Origin: Thermoplasmata archaeon
Lineage (GTDB): Archaea; Thermoplasmatota; Thermoplasmata; RBG-16-68-12; JAGMCJ01
NCBI GenBank assembly: GCA_023129265.1
Contig: JAGMCJ010000194.1
Coordinates: 1-15,432, forward strand
Reading direction: 5' to 3'
DNA: 15,432 bases
This document shows, piece after piece, positions 7,264 to 12,233 of the stretch; the stretch's first letter is position 1; each line of letters begins with the position of its first letter. The position numbers and the translations under genes were made by a program. Below the pieces are notes generated by a model. It did not search any database. It was not told the origin of the DNA and saw only the letters and a list, made by a program, of their open reading frames with translations.

Positions 7264-7677
7264 CTAGAACTTGGCCCCGAGTTTCCTCGATATATCACCG
7301 ATCTTCGTGTACTCGCACTTCAGTTTCCCAAGGGCCTCCTCAATCCTCTCCGTGCTCGACTCGGCATACGAGTCAGGAATGCCAATGTATACCCTCAACC
7401 TCTTGAACGCTTCCCTTCCTCTGGGCTTCTGGTAGGGAATCATGCCTCTGATCGTTCTCGTTACGATCTTGTCCGGCATTCTCGGGAAAAAGGGACCTGA
7501 CGTCTGGCTACCTATCTCCCTAATCTCCTTGTATTCGTTGAGCACGGATACCCTGTCCCCCGAAATGACCGCGAGCTCGGCATTGACCACAACGATTTCC
7601 TCCCCTTCGAGAAGCCTCTTGGCCACAACGCTGGCAAGCCTGCCCAGCACAGAGCCAGTGGCATCGATCACAGCCAT
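7264..7677 (-). CDS. rpl13: 50S ribosomal protein L13 (uL13)
   Basis: MAVIDATGSVLGRLASVVAKRLLEGEEIVVVNAE...RTIRGMIPYQKPRGREAFKRLRVYIGIP matches archaeal uL13. It sits 3 nt after the rpl18e stop. Confidence 0.95.
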   Translation of the reverse strand: MAVIDATGSVLGRLASVVAKRLLEGEEIVVVNAELAVISGDRVSVLNEYKEIREIGSQTSGPFFPRMPDKIVTRTIRGMIPYQKPRGREAFKRLRVYIGIPDSYAESSTERIEEALGKLKCEYTKIGDISRKLGAKF

Positions 7678-7680
7678 GGT

Positions 7681-8043
7681 TCACCTCATTATTCTAACGC
7701 CACTTCCCTTCGGGTTCTTGTTCATGAGTTCCTCAATGGTCAGAACGAGGCCACCGGAGTCTGTGATCTTTCTCCTTGCCGCTTCGGAAGAGTGAAAGGA
7801 GGCCACAGTCACAGGCTTGTCTATGCTGCCGGAACCGAGAAGCCTGCCAGGGACGAGGATGACCTCCCCCTTCTTGGCGTATCTGGATATCCTGCTGATA
7901 TTCACTTCGGCCCAATTCCTCCGAGGTTTGCTCAGCCTGCTGGCTGTGTCCTTCCAAACGGGTGCTTTGTTCTCATAGGAGTGCTTCTTCAGCTGCTCTA
8001 TGAGTTCCAACAGTCTAGGATTGGACTTCTTACTACCAGCCAT
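7681..8043 (-). CDS. rpl18e: 50S ribosomal protein L18e (eL18)
   Basis: MAGSKKSNPRLLELIEQLKK...APVWKDTASRLSKPRRNWAEVNISRISRYAKKGEVILVPGRLLGSGSIDKPVTVASFHSSEAARRKI matches archaeal eL18. It is the first gene of the rpl18e-rpl13-rps9-rpoN cluster. Confidence 0.93.
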   Translation of the reverse strand: MAGSKKSNPRLLELIEQLKKHSYENKAPVWKDTASRLSKPRRNWAEVNISRISRYAKKGEVILVPGRLLGSGSIDKPVTVASFHSSEAARRKITDSGGLVLTIEELMNKNPKGSGVRIMR

Positions 8044-8080
8044 CAGATATCCTCTGAAGAAGGTCTAAAGAGGGGTCTTC

Positions 8081-8087
8081 ATATAAA
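8081..8087 (-). promoter_or_regulatory. TATA box of the rpl18e operon
   Basis: Minus strand TTTATAT lies about 38-44 nt upstream of ATG 8043. A GAGGA Shine-Dalgarno sits in the short predicted leader (TCTTCAGAGGATATCTG-ATG). Confidence 0.5.
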
Positions 8088-8253
8088 CCTTTTGTCCGTC
8101 TGGACTGCGAAAATTCGACAGCCAGTCCACTGCCATTTTGTCCTTTGAGCCCACCGTTGGAAACAGCTCCGAGACCCAAATGTCCGGTGCACCGGGGTTT
8201 TCGATGTCATCGGAAGCCGTAAACGAGCTTTTTGGGGGCACATTATCGAAAAC

Positions 8254-8266
8254 TATAAATATAAAT
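8254..8266 (+). promoter_or_regulatory. TATA box for the TIM-barrel/hxlB gene pair
   Basis: TATAAATATAAAT lies about 50 nt upstream of ATG 8313. GGTGGAG sits 3 nt before the ATG. Confidence 0.45.
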
Positions 8267-8312
8267 GCGCGCCAAATAGTAAGACCTTCGGGTTAATTAG
8301 TCTGGTGGAGTA

Positions 8313-9335
8313 ATGATACGTTTTGGTCCGGCGGGCATTCCCCTATCATGCAAAGGGAGAACCTTGCGAGATGGCATAGAGGATGTCCATAACCTGGGTT
8401 TGACGGCGATGGAGGTTCAGCTGGTCAGAGTAGGGCTCCTCGAACGACACCCCACTGAGGACGAGGTCGGTCTCGTGGCGAGGGACATACCGAACGCGCT
8501 GATAGTTGAGATCGTCAGAAGGCAGGGATCCAGGGAGCGGGTAATCGCCAATCTTGACGCCGAGATCAAGAAGGGGGACCTCCTCCGCATTCTGGCGTCA
8601 GGCATAGCGAAGGACTATCATGAGCTCGAGGAGCTCGGGAGGTTGTCTAGGGACCTGGACATTGAACTGAGCCTTCACACACCTTACTACATGGATCTCA
8701 TCGGCGTAGAGGAGATGCCAGAGAGGAGCGTGGACAGCGTCAAGTGGGGCGGCCTCCTTGCCAATGAGATGGGAGCAAAGGTCGTGGTGACCCATCTCGG
8801 TCTGTACGGTGACCTGACGAAGAGGCAAGCAAGCATAAGAGTCAGGAAGAACCTCGATTCGATTCTCAAATGGTTCAGGTCAAGGAAAATCAAGGCCAAA
8901 CTCGGACTGGAGTCCAGCGGAAGACAGGAGGTGTTCGGTAGCATGAAGGAGATCATCTCCCTCTGCGAGAAGTACAAAGGTGTCGTCCCTGTGCTCAACT
9001 TCTCACACGTACACTCACGGGAAGGGGGCACGCTGAGAGCCAATGAAGACTTCCAGAAGCTCTTCAACAAGTTCAAGAAGTACACGAAAGGACACTTCCA
9101 CACACATTTCTCCGGAGTGGAGCATGCGGGCGGGAATGAGCTACGATACACGCCGATCAAGAAGGGCGATCTCAGGTTCGAACCTCTCGCGGAGTGCATT
9201 CTGGACAACAACTACGACATCACACTGATCTCCGGTTCACCACTCCTGGAACATGACGCGATGTACATGAAGGTCATACTGGAGAGGGTCCTAGCCAGGA
9301 GAGTCGCGAAGTCCGCCAAAGGAGGAAAGAAATGA
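8313..9335 (+). CDS. Xylose-isomerase-like TIM-barrel protein, AP endonuclease family 2 / endonuclease-IV-related
   Basis: N-terminus MIRFGPAGIPLSCKG...GIEDVHNLGLTAMEVQLV. Also LSLHTPYYMDL, GAKVVVTHLG, LGLESSG, NFSHVHSR and HTHFSGVEH...ITLISGSPLLEHDAMYMK. These follow the conserved metal-ligand block order of this archaeal family. An insertion of roughly 55 aa follows the first strand. Confidence 0.6.
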   Translation: MIRFGPAGIPLSCKGRTLRDGIEDVHNLGLTAMEVQLVRVGLLERHPTEDEVGLVARDIPNALIVEIVRRQGSRERVIANLDAEIKKGDLLRILASGIAKDYHELEELGRLSRDLDIELSLHTPYYMDLIGVEEMPERSVDSVKWGGLLANEMGAKVVVTHLGLYGDLTKRQASIRVRKNLDSILKWFRSRKIKAKLGLESSGRQEVFGSMKEIISLCEKYKGVVPVLNFSHVHSREGGTLRANEDFQKLFNKFKKYTKGHFHTHFSGVEHAGGNELRYTPIKKGDLRFEPLAECILDNNYDITLISGSPLLEHDAMYMKVILERVLARRVAKSAKGGKK

Positions 9336-9883
9336 CCAGTAGGGCAACGGTGTCATCGCAATTTGTGGCAAAGAAGATAACCGAGATCCTCGCGAACGGG
9401 GATGAAAAGACAATCGAGGAGATCATCAAACTCCTGCTGAACTCCGACAAGGTGTTCATCTATGGTGCCGGCAGGTCCGGCCTGATAGGAAAGGCCTTCG
9501 CCATACGCCTGGTTCAGTTGGGCCTCAAGGTCTTCTTCATCGGTGAGACAACGACCCCAATCGTTGAAGACACTGATGTTGCGCTAATCATCTCGAACAC
9601 GGGCGAGACAATGTCTGCGATCCAGACGGCGAACATCATCAGGCGCGTGGGGGCAAAGGTGATAGTGATGACGAGCAGGAAGACTTCCAAGCTCGCACAC
9701 GCCGGTAACATAGTTGTCACTCTGAATCCGGAGCTAGATGATGAGGCCGTGGCTCTCGCCCCGCTTGGCACGCTTTTCGAGGATTCCACGCTCGTATACT
9801 TGGATGGAATCGTCGCGTATATCATGGAGAAGAGGAACGAGACGGAGTCCAAGATGAGAGGAAGGCACGCTATTTGGGTTTGA
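9332..9883 (+). CDS. hxlB: 6-phospho-3-hexuloisomerase (SIS domain, RuMP pathway)
   Basis: KVFIYGAGRSGLIGKAFAIRLVQLGLKVFFIGETTTPIVEDTDVALIISNTGETMSAIQTANIIRRVGAKVIVMTS...PLGTLFEDSTLVYLDGIVAYIMEK...RHA closely follows the PHI pattern (G-x-GRSG...FAMRLMHLG...VGETTTP...SGSGET...P(L/M)GT-FE). Its ATG overlaps the upstream stop (ATGA at 9332-9335). Confidence 0.8.
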   Translation: MTSRATVSSQFVAKKITEILANGDEKTIEEIIKLLLNSDKVFIYGAGRSGLIGKAFAIRLVQLGLKVFFIGETTTPIVEDTDVALIISNTGETMSAIQTANIIRRVGAKVIVMTSRKTSKLAHAGNIVVTLNPELDDEAVALAPLGTLFEDSTLVYLDGIVAYIMEKRNETESKMRGRHAIWV

Positions 9884-10508
9884 GCGGGAGCTTCTTCATC
9901 GGTCCGTATGGATTTTCGTACTCCTCCCAGTAGACCGCGAAAGGTGCGGGGACACATTTCTCCCCAGAGAGCGTAAAGGCCTCAATCTGCAGCTCCATTG
10001 GGTCCAGGACGATTGCGAAGTGGAACTCCTCCCGAAACATGCGCCGCTGCGTTCCGACGTCCTTGGGTGACATGAAGCAGGTGTAACCAGGGTGGGAGTG
10101 GTACCAACCGACAATAATGTAATCGAAATCCGCCTCGTCGAGGCGATCAAAGAGCGTTTCGAACCCGTTCCTGTCGAAACTCACGGAAACGCCTGATGCC
10201 TGGAGGTCCGTTGTAGCGACGTCCTTGACCACGGTGTAGGGTTTTGCTGAGTGAGCGAAGACATCACCGAGTAGCAGACCCAGGGCTTCCAGATTTTGCT
10301 TCCCGGAAGAGATGCTGTGATCCCTCATCTTTGCCTCGGCGGTCTTCGAAACGTACAAGGGAAGCGGCCCTGTTCCCGCGAACGCTTCCTCGACCTCTCT
10401 CCTCCTCTCCTCCTTGAGCCAGTAATGGGACCTGGAGCGCTCTTTCGGCGGTGGCGCCCTTTCCAAGATAGCTCTCTTCCTTTCACTCACAACGCGTGGG
10501 CGCTTCAT
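9870..10508 (-). CDS. JAMM/MPN+ metalloprotease (Rpn11-like deubiquitinase/isopeptidase candidate)
   Basis: Complete JAMM signature: E74 in NLEALGLLLG, then H137-S-H-P-GYTCFM-S-PK-D150 (HxHPx6SxxD, encoded at 10059-10100 and verified). The ATG is 3 nt after the E2 stop. The first ~45 aa form a highly basic extension (KRPRVVSERKRAILERAPPPKERSRSHYWLKEERRRE). Confidence 0.88.
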   Translation of the reverse strand: MKRPRVVSERKRAILERAPPPKERSRSHYWLKEERRREVEEAFAGTGPLPLYVSKTAEAKMRDHSISSGKQNLEALGLLLGDVFAHSAKPYTVVKDVATTDLQASGVSVSFDRNGFETLFDRLDEADFDYIIVGWYHSHPGYTCFMSPKDVGTQRRMFREEFHFAIVLDPMELQIEAFTLSGEKCVPAPFAVYWEEYENPYGPMKKLPLKPK

Positions 10509-10511
10509 GGA

Positions 10512-11030
10512 TCATCCCAAAACCCTTGGCTTCTTCCCTGAACCCTCCATCACATTCGGCGGGCTGTAGCCGTGAGTGTTGAAGTACTGTGCGGCACGCG
10601 TACACGAATCACTGCCGAAGGGGTTCGCAGGGTTAGGACTGGTAAGCAGCGTTTCGATTCCTTTGACGAACGTGAGCAGGGTCGAGCTGAAACTCCAGTC
10701 ATCCAAGAGCTTCGTGCAGACGTATCCGCCATCATCAGGAAGCATGATGTTGGGATGGAATATGTCCGACCTCCATTTGACGATGGGTTTCTCGTACGGA
10801 TACTCTTCAGTTATCAGAATCGACAGCTTGTGCGTATATCGATGCCTTATCGTGTCATCCTTCCAGATGGGTCCAGGGGTCTTCACGAGAGTGACGTTGA
10901 CTTCCATGGGAAAGGACTGAAGCGTCGGATCAGAGACCGAAACGGCGTGCCTGAGATTCCTTTGACACAGCAGAACTTCGTTCCTCACGCGGAACCTCAA
11001 GATGTCCTTCGGCAGCCCCATGAGCCGCAC
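10512..11030 (-). CDS. Ubiquitin-conjugating enzyme E2-like protein (UBC fold)
   Basis: HKLSILITEEYPYEKPIVKWRSDIFHPNIMLPDDGGYVCTKLLDDWSFSSTLLTFVKGIETLLTSPNPANP. This carries the HPN triad (10749-10757), catalytic Cys105 (10716-10718) about 10 residues later, W-S-x(3)-L and the LL-x-PNP-x-x-P motif, in eukaryotic E2 spacing. The track start is a GTG directly abutting the Ubl stop; ATG at Met4 is an alternative. Confidence 0.85.
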   Translation of the reverse strand: MRLMGLPKDILRFRVRNEVLLCQRNLRHAVSVSDPTLQSFPMEVNVTLVKTPGPIWKDDTIRHRYTHKLSILITEEYPYEKPIVKWRSDIFHPNIMLPDDGGYVCTKLLDDWSFSSTLLTFVKGIETLLTSPNPANPFGSDSCTRAAQYFNTHGYSPPNVMEGSGKKPRVLG

Positions 11031-11276
11031 CTAGCCGCCCTCGGGGTCAGGTATCAGCTCGACCACGTCTCCCTCGCGGACCTCCGCTTCCACGATTGTA
11101 GACTGCCCGCGCAGAACTGCCTTGCCGCGACGGAGGACATAGGCACCTGGAGAGACCTCCCAGTAGCTGGCCGCGCTCTCGATTATCTCTTCCACAGTAT
11201 TCTCGGCCTCCAACTCCATCTCGACCGAGGACCCTGTTTCCGCGTTCTTCACTGTGATTCTCGTTGTCACAATCAC
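11031..11276 (-). CDS. Small ubiquitin-like beta-grasp modifier ending in Gly-Gly-stop
   Basis: 79-81 aa: (V)IVTTRITVKNAETGSSVEMELEAENTVEEIIESAASYWEVSPGAYVLRRGKAVLRGQSTIVEAEVREGDVVELIPDPEGG*. The strand-strand-helix-strand pattern is consistent with a beta-grasp fold. The C-terminal GG (11034-11039) is followed directly by TAG. GTG start at 11276, or GTG 11270 with GGGGGA 6 nt upstream. It lies between the E1 and E2 genes. Confidence 0.8.
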   Translation of the reverse strand: MIVTTRITVKNAETGSSVEMELEAENTVEEIIESAASYWEVSPGAYVLRRGKAVLRGQSTIVEAEVREGDVVELIPDPEGG

Positions 11277-11331
11277 TCCCCCGTACTGTTATTGACAGAG
11301 GCGTTCTTAAAGGTTTTCGGAACTGACACAT

Positions 11332-12123
11332 CTAGCGTTCGACGTGATGAGGGCAATCCGGGTTCTTTGAGATCTCGAGGGTCTCTGAGACGTTTCTTAG
11401 GCCGTCGTAATAGAAGACATTGGACAAGACAGTCTCCGCTCTCCCAGACGCGATCTTGAGGGCCTCTCTCACCTGGACCGCCGAGACTATGCTCGTTGTC
11501 GTAATCTCTGCGGCGACCTTGGGCTCGTAGAACGTCACATCTTCGCCGGTGCAGCTGAACCTGAGTTCCATGATTTTCGAGTGTGTCTTGTTCATTCCGC
11601 ACTGAAGACAGGCCGTTTCCGGTGGAAGGACGACTTGCACCTTTCCAATCAGCCCGTCCATCGCTCCATCGATGTAGGGGATGCCTTCGTTGTAGCAGTG
11701 AGCGTTCAGGTGGAGTCTTGTGGCCACGTTGTCCAGGCAGCCAAGGACCATCGAATGGGAGGGGATGAAATCCTCAGGCAAATCCTGGATTCTGTCCGTG
11801 TAAGATGTGATCTTGACCGCAGGGTCGAGTTCCATCGCTCTTCCTGCAACGACTTCGGCCTTGAGCCGCCTCGCTTCGGAATCCTCCTCCCGGAAGAATA
11901 CGCACCGGGTCAGATTGGACTTGGCAACATGGTCCATATCGACAAGACTAATCTCCGCGAAGCCCGCCAGAACCATGTCCTTGACGACTTCGTTGCCAAG
12001 AGCGCCTGCTCCGACGACGAGAACTCGAGCCGTTCTGACCGCGTCCATGTCTATCCATGGGATTCTTCTCATTCTCTCGTGTCTGTCCCGCTCGACAAAA
12101 TCAGCATCGATGGACTCCCCCAT
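11332..12123 (-). CDS. E1-like ubiquitin/Ubl-activating adenylyltransferase (ThiF/MoeB/UBA family)
   Basis: RVLVVGAGALGNEVVKDMVLAGFAEISLVDMDHVAKSNLTR contains the GxGxxG loop (11995-12012) and the D-x-D...SNL-x-R adenylation motifs. CLQC forms a zinc pair (aa 172-175), with C-P-H-H at 257-260. A Cys191 sits in FSCTGED, between the zinc motif and the TTTSIVSAVQVREALKI helix, which is the crossover-loop position. Confidence 0.88.
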   Translation of the reverse strand: MGESIDADFVERDRHERMRRIPWIDMDAVRTARVLVVGAGALGNEVVKDMVLAGFAEISLVDMDHVAKSNLTRCVFFREEDSEARRLKAEVVAGRAMELDPAVKITSYTDRIQDLPEDFIPSHSMVLGCLDNVATRLHLNAHCYNEGIPYIDGAMDGLIGKVQVVLPPETACLQCGMNKTHSKIMELRFSCTGEDVTFYEPKVAAEITTTSIVSAVQVREALKIASGRAETVLSNVFYYDGLRNVSETLEISKNPDCPHHVER

Positions 12124-12142
12124 ACTGCCAGGAAGGATTCGG

Positions 12143-12152
12143 AGATATTAAT
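12143..12152 (-). promoter_or_regulatory. Candidate TATA element for the E1-Ubl-E2-JAMM operon
   Basis: Minus strand reads GAAAAGGATTAATATCTCC about 25 nt upstream of ATG 12123. This spacing would give a leaderless or near-leaderless mRNA. Confidence 0.3.
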
Positions 12153-12233
12153 CCTTTTCACACCTGGAAGAACCGTGGGAGAAAGTGAGAGAGAAACGTT
12201 ATTATGATATTGCCTCATTCAGAGACGACTCGT

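Noticed and set aside
8088-8312. Searched for the tRNA-Leu that I recall preceding rpl18e in some archaea
   Set aside because: No acceptor/T-arm pairing or T-loop-like motif is found on either strand. The 8101-8129 hairpin has no cloverleaf context.
9870-9883. 14-nt overlap of the convergent 3' ends of hxlB and the JAMM gene
   Set aside because: Short convergent overlaps are ordinary in compact archaeal genomes, and I saw no structure or motif suggesting antisense regulation.
11028-11033. Ubl and E2 are in the same reading frame, separated only by TAG, raising the idea of read-through or pyrrolysine producing a Ubl-E2 fusion
   Set aside because: TAG also terminates rpoN, rpl13, the CoA-binding gene, the JAMM gene and the E1 in this window, so it is a normal stop here. 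Same-frame adjacency has a one-in-three chance, and no recoding signal was seen.
10572-11459. 295-aa plus-strand ORF (and 10576-10920 +, 11047-11331 -, 11273-11602 -)
   Set aside because: It runs antisense across three separate well-supported genes (E2, Ubl, E1), and its translation is low-complexity and Arg-rich. The others are out-of-frame overlaps without motifs. I checked them for a hidden RING/zinc-finger E3 and found no Cys/His pattern.
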